Assembly (NCBI GenBank): GCA_037146775.1
Contig: JBAWWL010000008.1
Span: 6,160-70,159 of the forward strand
DNA length: 64,000 nt
Direction of reading: 5' to 3'
Source: Candidatus Omnitrophota bacterium
Lineage (GTDB): Bacteria > Omnitrophota > Gorgyraeia > Duberdicusellales > 4484-171
Shown here one piece after another: positions 21,170-29,980 of this stretch. Numbering within the stretch: the first letter of the stretch is position 1; each line of letters opens with the position of its first letter. The position numbers and the translations under genes were made by a program. The notes below the pieces were generated by a model. The model was given only the letters and a program-made list of their open reading frames with translations, was not told the DNA's origin and did not search any database.

Positions 21170-21259
21170 TGTATGATTACAGTGATTATAGATTGATTAC
21201 ACCGATTGAATATTAAAAAATCTGCGTAATCTTTTCTAGTCCGCGTAATTAAGAAAGAT
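21170..21259 (+). promoter_or_regulatory. GATTAC-rich intergenic element, second copy of the ~35-nt aatctgcgtaatc motif
   Basis: atgattacagtgattatagattgattacacc ... aatctgcgtaatcttttctagtccgcgtaat. Compare with 8597-8718. Confidence 0.5.
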
Positions 21260-22210
21260 ATGAATAAAAAAGTTTCTTTGATCCTAAAATTGGTTATTAC
21301 TGTGGGGATATTGTTCGTGCTTTTCCGGCTTGTCCCTTATCATGAATTACTCGATGTATATCGGCGATCCAATAAAGTTTTTATTCTGTACGGGTTTCTT
21401 GTCAATGTCTTTATTTTTATGCTCACTATCTTTAGATGGAAACTTTTATTATCATCTTTGGGGATTAAAGCCTCCACGCATGAAGCGTTTTCTGCTTCTT
21501 TTTCCGGACTTTTCTTCAACCTTATCTTCCCTTCATTCGTTGCCGGGGATATCTTCCGTGGTTTCAGCATTTCTAACCGTCATGGCCAATCGCACAAGGT
21601 AGCTTCTTCGGTGTTGATGGATCGTTTTAGCGGTGCCTTCGGATTAACCATAGTGGCGTTGTTTTCTTTTATTTTTGGCAGGAAATTGCTGCCGCATGGT
21701 CAGATACTCATTGCGCTTTTTATATTGTGTGCGATCGTGGGTTTTGTATCGCTTTTAATTTTTAGTAAAACATTTTTTTCTTTTTTTGCCAGGATATTTA
21801 AGAAAGGTTCTCCTCTGAAAGAGAAAGTTGTTAGTTTCCACGATCAGCTTTATTTCTTCAGAAAAAATCCGAAAGTTTTCCTGAAAAGTTTGTTAATTTC
21901 TGTTCCGGTGCAGGCCTTAGTTGCGGTAATGTTTTTTATTACTTCCAAGGCTTTTGATTTGCATGTGAGTATTATGTATTTTTTTATTTTGGTGCCTCTC
22001 ATTATGATGATTGCGCTTATCCCTATTACTATCGGTGGAATAGGAACGAGAGAGGCGGCGGTGGTTTATTTTTTCTCTTTTGTGGGCATAGCGAAGAGTG
22101 TAAGCTTGGGGCTCTCGCTTCTTAACCTGGCTTTCGGTATCATCTTGGGCTTATTTGGAGGAATCTTCTATGTTACTGTACATCATCGACGGCTTCAACC
22201 TCGTTCATAA
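21260..22210 (+). CDS. Flippase-like / lysylphosphatidylglycerol-synthase TM-region family membrane protein
   Basis: 316 aa. About 8 TM helices. Resembles the UPF0104/LPG_synthase_TM topology. Weak assignment. Confidence 0.45.
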   Translation: MNKKVSLILKLVITVGILFVLFRLVPYHELLDVYRRSNKVFILYGFLVNVFIFMLTIFRWKLLLSSLGIKASTHEAFSASFSGLFFNLIFPSFVAGDIFRGFSISNRHGQSHKVASSVLMDRFSGAFGLTIVALFSFIFGRKLLPHGQILIALFILCAIVGFVSLLIFSKTFFSFFARIFKKGSPLKEKVVSFHDQLYFFRKNPKVFLKSLLISVPVQALVAVMFFITSKAFDLHVSIMYFFILVPLIMMIALIPITIGGIGTREAAVVYFFSFVGIAKSVSLGLSLLNLAFGIILGLFGGIFYVTVHHRRLQPRS

Positions 22211-22619
22211 GGTGCCGGAATTAAAAACTTCAGATCAGCCGCACATTGGGCTTATCCGTTATATCAAAACCCATCGTTTGACCGGAAGTGTAACAAATAA
22301 AGTAACCATTGTTTTTGATGGTTTTCCCAGGCCGGAAGTTTTGATGGATAAAACGTACCAGATTATTTTCAGTCTTGAGCGCACGGCGGACGCGGTGATT
22401 AAAGAAAGAATCGCCAAGATAAAAAATAAATCACAAGTGGTCGTGGTAAGTGATGACCGAGAAATCAGGGATTGCGTGCGCCAAGAAAAAGCAACGTCGT
22501 TACGTACCTTTGATTTTTTGGATAGGAAGAAAGAAAAACGTTCGGTAGAAGAAAAAGAGATCAGTTACCCCCTGCAGCATGAAATTACCGAGGAATTGCG
22601 CAAAATCTGGCTTAAATAA
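22170..22619 (+). CDS. NYN-domain (YacP-like) protein
   Basis: LLYIIDGFNLVH N-terminus typical of YacP/Rae1 NYN RNases. ATG at 22170 has GGAGG 8 nt upstream. The track start at 22155 is TTG. Confidence 0.6.
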   Translation: MLLYIIDGFNLVHKVPELKTSDQPHIGLIRYIKTHRLTGSVTNKVTIVFDGFPRPEVLMDKTYQIIFSLERTADAVIKERIAKIKNKSQVVVVSDDREIRDCVRQEKATSLRTFDFLDRKKEKRSVEEKEISYPLQHEITEELRKIWLK

Positions 22620-22718
22620 TGGCAAATGTCAAAATAAAAATGACAAATAATAAAGCTCAAATGACAAAACGAACAGTTTTGACATTTGAATTTTGTCATT
22701 TGAAATTTTCTGTACTCA
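22620..22718 (+). promoter_or_regulatory. TGACAAA/TTTGTCA repeat-rich operator-like region
   Basis: aaatgtcaaaa...aaatgacaaa...aaatgacaaaa...ttttgacattt...ttttgtcattt gives nested inverted and direct repeats over about 90 nt, immediately upstream of the MBL-fold gene. Confidence 0.5.
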
Positions 22719-23484
22719 TATGAGTTTTATAAAATTCTTAGGAACAGCCGGTGCGAGATTCGTAATGATTAAGCAGTTACGTTCTTCCGGCGGCATGTGG
22801 CTGAGCCATAAGAAAACAAACATGATGATCGACCCCGGGCCGGGAGCTTTGGTGCGCTGTAATAGCGTCCGGCCAAAGCTTGACCCCGGAACGCTGGACG
22901 CTATTCTTCTGACACATAAACATCTTGACCATGCCGGCGACATCAACGCCATGATTGAGGCAATGACCGAAGGTGGTTTTAAGAAAAAGGGAACAATTTT
23001 TCTTCCGGCCGACGCACTAGGGGAGGATGGAGTTATTTTTTCCTATCTTAAAGACTTTCCCGAGCAGACAGTATTGCTTAAGAAAGGAAAATTTTGCATA
23101 GGTGATATTTCTTTTGAAATTCCGGTCAGGAATGATCATCCCTGTGAAACCTACGGTATAAAATTCTTTATTGGCGATACTATCGTTTCGCTGGTAGCGG
23201 ATACCGACTATTTTGATGAACTGATTAGTATCTATAAAGGTTCAACCGTGCTTATCCTGAATGTGGTATTCCATCAGAGGCGTGACGATATTAAACATTT
23301 GTGTCTTGAGGAAGCGATTGAGTTGATCAAGAAAATAAAGCCGCGCAAGGCGGTTATTACTCATTTTGGTATGAGTATGCTGAAGGCGAAACCGTATCTT
23401 TTAGAAGAAAAGCTTAAAGAAGAACTGCAGGCAGATATTGTATTTGCGCGCGACGGGATGAAGCTGGAATTGTCTTTAGAGTGA
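22719..23484 (+). CDS. MBL-fold metallo-hydrolase
   Basis: HKHLDHAGD (H-x-H-x-D-H) zinc motif. N-terminal FLGTAG. Confidence 0.7.
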
Positions 23485-23573
23485 GCGGGTGGATTCTTTT
23501 TTTGATGTTTTGCACTTTACACATGTCTGCAAAAAAAATTGATTTTTTTATATAAAAATGTATACTGACACAT

Positions 23574-24623
23574 ATGCCAAGATCAACTAAGAAAAAATTT
23601 GAGCGCATAACTATCAAGTCCGAGTCAGGTAGAGAAAAAGAGCCGGTCAAAATCACCGTTATCGATTACGATGAGGCAAACTTTCAGCAGAAGGAAGTTT
23701 CTTCGGTCGAAGAATGTTTTATTTTCAGAGACAGGCCTACAATAACCTGGATCAATGTTGATGGTATCCATAAGCCAGGGGTTATCGAAAAACTTGCCAA
23801 CTGTTTCTGTCTGCATCCTTTAATTATCGAAGATATATGTGATGTTGATCAGCGGCCAAAATTCGAGGATTTAGGCAGCTATATCTATATCGTTATAAAA
23901 ATGCTTTCTTATGAAGCGGAAAACAGCGAAATAAAGATTGAGCAGATGAGCCTTGTTTTAGGTAATAATTTTGTTCTTTCTTTTCAGGAGACGGTAGGCG
24001 ATGTTTTTGGGCCTATCCGGGATCGCATCAAAAATAGTAAAGGCCGCCACCGTAAAATGGGCGCAGATTATCTGGCATATTCCTTGATAGATGCAATAGT
24101 AGATAACTATTTCAACATCCTCGATGAGTTCGGTGAGCGCATTGAGTTTCTTGAAGAAGAGATAATTTCCAGGCCCGATCAGCAGGTTTTAAAAGAGGTC
24201 TATAACCTTAAAAGGGAGATTATTTTTCTGCGTAAGTCTATTTGGCCGCTGAGAGAACTTGTGCGTTCCCTTGAACGCATTGAATCAGCGTTAATCAGGG
24301 ATACCACGCGAATTTATTTGAGAGATATTTATGACCATGTAATACAGATCAGCGATTCGATGGAGGTTTCCAGGGAAATGCTTACGGCTATGATTGAAAT
24401 GTATCTATCCAGTCTAAGTAATAAGCTTAATGAAGTAATGAAGGTTTTGACGGTTATCGCCACAATATTCATGCCTCTTACTTTTATTACCGGTATTTTT
24501 GGGATGAATTTTAAATATATTCCCGGTTTAGAGCGGTTTTGGGGTTTTCCTGCCGCCTTATTGATTATGCTTATCGTGGCTTTGTTTATGATAAGATATT
24601 TTCAGAGGAACCGGTGGATATAG
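23574..24623 (+). CDS. corA: Magnesium/cobalt transporter CorA
   Basis: C-terminal two TM helices with a GMNF motif (GIFGMNFKYIP). 349 aa. Confidence 0.85.
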   Translation: MPRSTKKKFERITIKSESGREKEPVKITVIDYDEANFQQKEVSSVEECFIFRDRPTITWINVDGIHKPGVIEKLANCFCLHPLIIEDICDVDQRPKFEDLGSYIYIVIKMLSYEAENSEIKIEQMSLVLGNNFVLSFQETVGDVFGPIRDRIKNSKGRHRKMGADYLAYSLIDAIVDNYFNILDEFGERIEFLEEEIISRPDQQVLKEVYNLKREIIFLRKSIWPLRELVRSLERIESALIRDTTRIYLRDIYDHVIQISDSMEVSREMLTAMIEMYLSSLSNKLNEVMKVLTVIATIFMPLTFITGIFGMNFKYIPGLERFWGFPAALLIMLIVALFMIRYFQRNRWI

Positions 24624-24635
24624 TAATAAACAGAG

Positions 24636-24760
24636 GACAGATGACAGAAAACAGAAGACAGAGGAGATAAGGCAGATTTTTGACTTCTGACACCTATTTT
24701 CTGACTTCTGATATCTGACGTCTGACTTCTGACATCTGTTTTAATTTGGTAATCGGCCCC
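24636..24760. repeat. Inverted pair of heptanucleotide tandem arrays (RRCAGAR x5 then CTGACNT x8)
   Basis: aacagag gacagat gacagaa aacagaa gacagag ... ctgactt ctgacac ... ctgactt ctgatat ctgacgt ctgactt ctgacat. The two halves are reverse complements and can form a long imperfect hairpin just after the corA stop. Confidence 0.7.
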
Positions 24761-24873
24761 ATCGTCTTCCCGCCTGCACCCACGGTAGTGGGTTCGGCGG
24801 GATCCCGCAGAATCCGCGATAGCGGATGCATGCGGGAAGCTTAACGCTTACTGTTAGTAAGATTAAAATTATA

Positions 24874-25164
24874 ATGTGGTATGTTTATATCATCCAGAAT
24901 GATACAAACAAACGTTTTTATATAGGTTCAACCAATAATATAACCCGAAGGTTAGCCGAACATAATAGAAGCAAGAAGTGCTCTGTTACTCATTTCGGAA
25001 AATACTTTTTGATTCATCAAGAAGAATTTTCGAATATTAAAGAAGCAAGAGTGCGAGAACAGCAAATCAAATCGTATAAGGGCGGTAACGCATTCAAGAA
25101 ATTACTTCGCGAGCGCGCTGGCTTAAATATCATAAATACGGCCCCATCGTCTAGCTTGGTCTAG
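24874..25164 (+). CDS. GIY-YIG nuclease family small protein (YhbQ/UPF0213-like)
   Basis: YVYIIQNDTNKRFYIGSTNNITRRLAEHN is a GIY-YIG motif. The ORF tail overlaps the first 25 nt of the tRNA, so the true stop is uncertain. Confidence 0.65.
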   Translation: MWYVYIIQNDTNKRFYIGSTNNITRRLAEHNRSKKCSVTHFGKYFLIHQEEFSNIKEARVREQQIKSYKGGNAFKKLLRERAGLNIINTAPSSSLV

Positions 25165-25214
25165 GATGTCAGCTTCTCAAGCTGAACACACCGGTTCAAA
25201 TCCGGTTGGGGCTG
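25140..25214 (+). tRNA. tRNA-Glu (anticodon CUC)
   Basis: Manual fold. Acceptor GGCCCCA/TGGGGCT. D-stem GTCT/GGAT. Anticodon stem TCAGC/GCTGA with loop TTCTCAA. 4-nt variable loop. T-arm ACCGG-TTCAAAT-CCGGT. Discriminator G. Confidence 0.8.
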
Positions 25215-25224
25215 TTTTTATAAT

Positions 25225-25258
25225 TCAATCCCTCTACTTACATAGAGGGATTTTTTAT
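25225..25258 (+). terminator. Rho-independent terminator after tRNA-Glu
   Basis: tcCCTCTActtacaTAGAGGGa stem followed by TTTTTTATT. Confidence 0.65.
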
Positions 25259-25581
25259 TGATACTGATCACGGTAGTTTTGCATCTGTTTCCCCGTATAT
25301 TAACCAAAAGCTTTATGCTAAATCCCTTGAAGGTGAGATGTCTTGGAGTATAATATCACTCGAAAGGTCATTGAAAAATAATTGATTTAACTTACGATAT
25401 ATATAGATATAATATTTACACCCTGTGGAGGTTTGCTCTCGGCTCATACGAAAATACATAATTTTGCGGCGTACGATTCTTTTTTCTAAAGTTAAAGTTG
25501 CTGCGTTTTCCTTTGTTGTTTGTTTTAGGGAGCTGTAATATAGCTTAATTAGAAACAGAAAGCTAACGAAGGGGGGTGAGT

Positions 25582-26388
25582 ATGTTGGTAAGGATATTTA
25601 TTATTGGGGCGTTGTTGGCGGTGTTTCTGGTTACGGCTGCCGATAATGCGCCGGCTCAACAGCAGGCGCAGGGAGGGTCTCCGGCATTGGCAGAAGTCAG
25701 CCCGCCGGTTGTGCATCAGCGCGCTCTCAGTGTGCTCAAGCGTATGAGCGATACTCTTTCTCAGGCAAAGACAATCCGTTTTAGCGCCCGCAGCATAGTG
25801 CCCGTAAGAACTCCGTCAGGGATGTGGGCCAGTCTTTATGGGACTTCGCGGGTAGTCAAGGAAGGCGCCAGCAAGCTTTTTGCCCAAACGCGGGGAGATT
25901 TTTTTCCGTATGATTTCTATTTTAACGGCACGACGATAACGGCTTATTCGCCTACGAAGAATTTATATGCCGAGAGAAATGAGCCCGGCACGGTAAATAA
26001 CCTGATTGAAAATGCTTACAAAGAAGAGGGCAGATCATTTCCGTATGCTGATATACTTGTTGCCGAGCCTTACAGCGTTTTGACCGAAGGTTTGATAAAT
26101 GCCGTATACGTCGGACAGTCGGTGATTGATGGTGTTAAGACCGACCATCTGGCTTTTTCGAATAAGGGAGTCCAATGGCAGATATGGGTTGGCGTCCAAG
26201 ATCATTTGCCGCGTTTGGTGGATGCGACATATCTTGATGACGCCAGCGAGCCCAGCTATACGGTTGAGTTTTCTGACTGGAAACTTAACGAGCCTGTGGA
26301 GGCAGGGCAGTTTATTTTTAAAAATAAATCAAAGGCGGTAAAGGTCGAGTTCCGTAAGCCTGCTGCATTCTGGCCGCGGCAGTCTTGA
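25582..26388 (+). CDS. Secreted DUF2092-like (LolA-fold) protein
   Basis: Signal peptide. Pattern resembles the periplasmic DUF2092 family. Start moved to the ATG at 25582; the track start is GTG at 25576. Confidence 0.45.
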   Translation: MLVRIFIIGALLAVFLVTAADNAPAQQQAQGGSPALAEVSPPVVHQRALSVLKRMSDTLSQAKTIRFSARSIVPVRTPSGMWASLYGTSRVVKEGASKLFAQTRGDFFPYDFYFNGTTITAYSPTKNLYAERNEPGTVNNLIENAYKEEGRSFPYADILVAEPYSVLTEGLINAVYVGQSVIDGVKTDHLAFSNKGVQWQIWVGVQDHLPRLVDATYLDDASEPSYTVEFSDWKLNEPVEAGQFIFKNKSKAVKVEFRKPAAFWPRQS

Positions 26389-26426
26389 GAGAAGAAAAAG
26401 CGGAGATATTACCGGAGGAGTATGTT

Positions 26427-26942
26427 ATGAAAAAGATAAAAATAACGATTATAGCCGTTGCGGCTGTAGCAATGGTTTTCTTTGGCGCGCACGATGTGCT
26501 AGCGCGCGGTGGAGGTGGAGGGCACATGGGAGGCGGCGGCGGCGGTGGCTGGCACGGCGGAGGAGGCGGTGGCGGCGAGCACGGTGGCGGTGGCGGCGGG
26601 CACGGACAAGGCGGCCACAGGCATAATAACAATAATAATTATTACTATGGCGGCGGCGGGTGGGGTTACGGATTTGATGATGAAGCTGTAGTCAACGTGG
26701 ATTTGGATACTGATTCACGGCCGTCTACTGTTGTGGTGGAGCAGCCTACTACCGAAGTAGTCCAGCAGCCTGTACCAACAGCAGATGCGCCTGTCGGAGC
26801 TCAGGTGACAATGCTTCCTTCCGGAGCTGAGGGCAGGATTATCGGCGGCGCGCAATTTTATATAAGCGGTAATACCTGGTATAAGCCGTATTTCGGTGCA
26901 AGCGGCGTATATTATGAGGTTGTATCTCCTCCGAACACTTAG
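26427..26942 (+). CDS. Secreted Gly/His-rich low-complexity protein
   Basis: Signal peptide, then (G6-7-[HWE]H) x4, HRH, N5Y3, G4WGYG, and a structured-looking C-terminal domain. ATG at 26427 with GGAGGAG upstream. The track start at 26385 is TTG. Confidence 0.6.
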   Translation: MKKIKITIIAVAAVAMVFFGAHDVLARGGGGGHMGGGGGGGWHGGGGGGGEHGGGGGGHGQGGHRHNNNNNYYYGGGGWGYGFDDEAVVNVDLDTDSRPSTVVVEQPTTEVVQQPVPTADAPVGAQVTMLPSGAEGRIIGGAQFYISGNTWYKPYFGASGVYYEVVSPPNT

Positions 26943-27312
26943 AGGATGTTGCCTTTGTTTATAAGAAAATCAAATTCATGAATAATATCATTGCGCGTAT
27001 CAGGAAAGAGCTCTTAGAGGTGCTGCCGGCGTTTATCTTCTTTGTTGTTATGTTCCACATCCTTATGGTTACAAGGGCGCTGACGCTTGTAATGCTCCCT
27101 ATTAGCCAAGGAGGTTTTAAGTTAGAAACGGCTTTTTGTTAAGATGCGTCTAGCGCAAAAATATAACCGGTTTTTAGGTAAGGAAAACGAACTTTCAAAA
27201 ACCTTAGATAGTTAAAATAAACTAATAAAGGGTAGCAAATTATGAATGTCCGCCTCTAAAGGGTGGACATTCTACATCTATTTACCTGTAAAATAGTTAC
27301 ACAATTTCAGCT

Positions 27313-27560
27313 TCAGAAATGCCGGACAAAACGGATCCTCCTTCGCTAAAGCTTCGGAGGGCAGGCATCCTTTGGCGAGGGATTGCTTCTCAAATCAGCA
27401 ATTTTCTTAATAATTTCCATATTTACCATACAACTGTTACCTATATAATATAGAGAGGATACCTTGAGGCTAATGACCAAGCCCTGCCCTTAAATTCTCT
27501 CTTAGCCAAAAGAGAGAGGCGAATAGCCATGATTACTTAAGGTGATCATGGCATTTTTTA
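27313..27560 (+). repeat. Structured repeat element copy A (137-nt identical core, TATAAT box, two hairpins, T-run)
   Basis: Core 27322-27458 is identical to 28545-28681. Then CTCTCTTagccaaaAGAGAGAG and GCCATGAT...ATCATGGC hairpins followed by ATTTTTTAT. Confidence 0.7.
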
Positions 27561-27789
27561 TCTTTCGATTTTTCAAAGAGTTAGGGCGTTATTGCCAAAT
27601 CATTCTTCTGCGGAAGCTCATTACACGACACCTGTGTGTAAAATTTCTTACAAGTAAGCCAAAAATGACCGGACAAAACAATTCTATAAAGTATTTGAGT
27701 TAGATTAGCATAGCGATTCGTATTTATTTTTTCGCCTTGACATTATGTATCAAATATGATACATTTAATACGGAAATAAGAAAGAGCCG

Positions 27790-28161
27790 ATGTTGAATTA
27801 CTACGAAAGTTTTCTGGTTTATAAAGGCGAACATTACAGCATATATTTCCATGCTGAAAGTAAAAATTCGTCTATTGTGAATGAATATTTCGAACATTGT
27901 GATGATGCTACCCAGGCTAGCCTATTGTTTCTTGCGAAGGCCATGGCCGATACAGGCCGTATTTATGATGAAACTAAATTTCGTATTGAGGATAAGCAAA
28001 ATAAGATTTATTGTTTTAAGCCAAGGCAGGAACGTTTTTTCTGCTTCTTTTTCGTCGGCAAAAAGATAATAATTACTTCGGCTTATACGAAAAAAAAGCA
28101 GAAGCTTGATAAGCGAGAACTTAACAGAGCAATAGAAATTCGTAAACAATATTTCATCTAA
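27790..28161 (+). CDS. Type II toxin, RelE/ParE superfamily (HigB/Gp49-like)
   Basis: KIYCFKPRQERFFCFFFVGKKIIITSAYTKKKQKLDKRELNRAIEIRKQY matches the Gp49-like addiction-module killer consensus. 123 aa. Upstream of an XRE HTH gene. Confidence 0.7.
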   Translation: MLNYYESFLVYKGEHYSIYFHAESKNSSIVNEYFEHCDDATQASLLFLAKAMADTGRIYDETKFRIEDKQNKIYCFKPRQERFFCFFFVGKKIIITSAYTKKKQKLDKRELNRAIEIRKQYFI

Positions 28162-28178
28162 CACTAGGAGGTATGAAT

Positions 28179-28448
28179 ATGAAAAAGTCGATATTCGATA
28201 AAAAGATGGGAAACAAGAGATTTAAAGCTATATATGACGAAGTAGCTATTGAGATGGGTATAGGAGAGCAGATTGCAAAACTAAGGCACAAAGCAAAAAT
28301 GAGCCAATTGGAGCTAGCCAGAAAAGTGGATACCAACCGGACTACCATATCGCGTTATGAAAGTAGAATGTATAACCGCTACAATTTGAGCACGTTATTA
28401 AGAATCGGAAGAGCGCTACATAAGAAATTAAAGATATCTTATGTATAA
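28179..28448 (+). CDS. XRE-family HTH antitoxin (HigA-like)
   Basis: Cro/C1 HTH (MSQLELARKVDTNRTTISRYE). 18 nt after the toxin stop. AGGAGG 7 nt upstream of the ATG at 28179. Confidence 0.7.
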   Translation: MKKSIFDKKMGNKRFKAIYDEVAIEMGIGEQIAKLRHKAKMSQLELARKVDTNRTTISRYESRMYNRYNLSTLLRIGRALHKKLKISYV

Positions 28449-28535
28449 AATTTTCTTTATACCTAAAATGTCCAGCCAAAGCAAGACGGGCAAAATTTAA
28501 CTTTTAGTTACTCAAAGAGTTATACAATTTCCAGC

Positions 28536-28800
28536 TAAAAATGACCGGACAAAACGGATCCTCCTTCGCTAAAGCTTCGGAGGGCAGGCATCCTTTGGCG
28601 AGGGATTGCTTCTCAAATCAGCAATTTTCTTAATAATTTCCATATTTACCATACAACTGTTACCTATATAATATAGAGAGGTTATCTTAGGGGTAACAGC
28701 TAAGCCCTGCCATATAATTCTCTCTCTTGGCTAAAAGAGAGAGGTGAGTAGTCATGATTGTTAAATACGATCATGGCTATTTTTATGTCTTAGAAAAAAT
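28536..28800 (+). repeat. Structured repeat element copy B
   Basis: Same 137-nt core (28545-28681). Hairpins CTCTCTCTTggctaaaAGAGAGAG and CATGATtgttaaatacgATCATG, then TATTTTTAT. Confidence 0.7.
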
Positions 28801-29026
28801 AATGAGGTCAGCCCTTGAAATGCGAAGTGTTTTAGCTCATTAGTTCTTAAGCTCATGAGTTTACGCGAGCTTTAGCTTGCAGTGTCAGGTGCCTGCGGCG
28901 GAAAAGCTGAAGAATCAAACTAACTTCTACCTTGACCACTTCACCTCCCGGCAGTAAAATACCCGCAACTTTCAACCAAATAACCGTTTCCATTATGGAG
29001 GTTGAAAATAGTTTTAATTAGTGCAT

Positions 29027-29980
29027 ATGAAAAAATATTTTCTTGCTGCATTTGTATGTGTTAACCTATTATCCGGTTTGACGTTTAACGCAATTGCTGC
29101 TCAATCTGAACAGAATTGGGAATTCAAGCTTGACTCCAAATATTTTTTCGCAAGCCATACCTCTTATCAATTCGGCAACCCATATATCGGTAGCGATATG
29201 CCATTAAGTCGGCTGGAATTTCCTATCAATAATCTTTGGATGGGCGCAGGCTTGAGGCGTAATTTTGCGCGCTATTCCATAGGGATTAACGCTTTGTCCA
29301 GTGCAATGCGTAATACCCGTGGTCGAATGAAGGATTCAGACTGGGAAAATACGGATGATCTTAGCGAAAGAACCATTTTTTCTACTTCAGCCAACCGCAT
29401 GAATTACGGCATTATAGCCGGCGGCGATGTTGATTTAAAAGTTTCTGATTGGCTTAATTTTGCGCCAAGCTTAGATATCCGGCCGCTTGTCGGTTTTCAG
29501 TGGCAGAAATTTTCTTTTACGGTACATGACGGCGTTCAGCACTATTATAGCCCGTCTGCACCTGATGACCCGCTTCCAGGAAATCTTTTAGATTTTGAGC
29601 AGGTTTATTGGCAGTATTTTGCAGGCTTTCGCAGCTCCTGGGATATGGGTCGGCCGTTTAAACTGCCTCCGCTTAAATTACTCACCGAATTTCACGGAGG
29701 CTATGTCACAGGCTACAATAAAGATCATCATTTACTTAAAGGTGACCGCTATACCTTTGAAACGACTGACGGATATTGTTTCTACGCTTCTTTAGGCTTA
29801 GAAGCGCAATTAACTAAAAATATCAGCTTAGGCACCGGCATTGATTATCTGATGATTAGGACAACCGGTAAGCATAATTGGCGGTATAATGCAGTTGGGG
29901 TAGATTCAATATGGAATAATGGAGTTAAAGTCTACTCAGACCAGATAGGCATTAACTTGAATTTGACATATAGATTCTAG
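29027..29980 (+). CDS. Outer-membrane beta-barrel protein, hypothetical
   Basis: Signal peptide. Alternating amphipathic beta-strand pattern. C-terminal ...NLNLTYRF ending in Phe, an OMP sorting signal. Confidence 0.5.
   Translation: MKKYFLAAFVCVNLLSGLTFNAIAAQSEQNWEFKLDSKYFFASHTSYQFGNPYIGSDMPLSRLEFPINNLWMGAGLRRNFARYSIGINALSSAMRNTRGRMKDSDWENTDDLSERTIFSTSANRMNYGIIAGGDVDLKVSDWLNFAPSLDIRPLVGFQWQKFSFTVHDGVQHYYSPSAPDDPLPGNLLDFEQVYWQYFAGFRSSWDMGRPFKLPPLKLLTEFHGGYVTGYNKDHHLLKGDRYTFETTDGYCFYASLGLEAQLTKNISLGTGIDYLMIRTTGKHNWRYNAVGVDSIWNNGVKVYSDQIGINLNLTYRF

Noticed and set aside
24636-24760. CRISPR array
   Set aside because: The units are 7 nt with no spacers. No direct repeats of 25-40 nt with unique spacers occur anywhere in the window.
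26318-26632. Proline-rich 104-aa ORF on minus strand
   Set aside because: It is the reverse complement of the GGC-rich Gly/His-repeat coding region. It has no RBS. It is an artifact of low-complexity sequence.
27335-27360. GGATCC and AAGCTT sites 14 nt apart inside the repeat core (cloning-vector suspicion)
   Set aside because: The same block occurs twice in native context with genes on both sides. There is no vector backbone signature. It is treated as coincidence.
28762-28851. 29-aa ORF (MIVKYDHGYFYVLEK...) with RBS inside repeat copy B
   Set aside because: The homologous position in copy A encodes only M-I-T-stop. The frame is not conserved.
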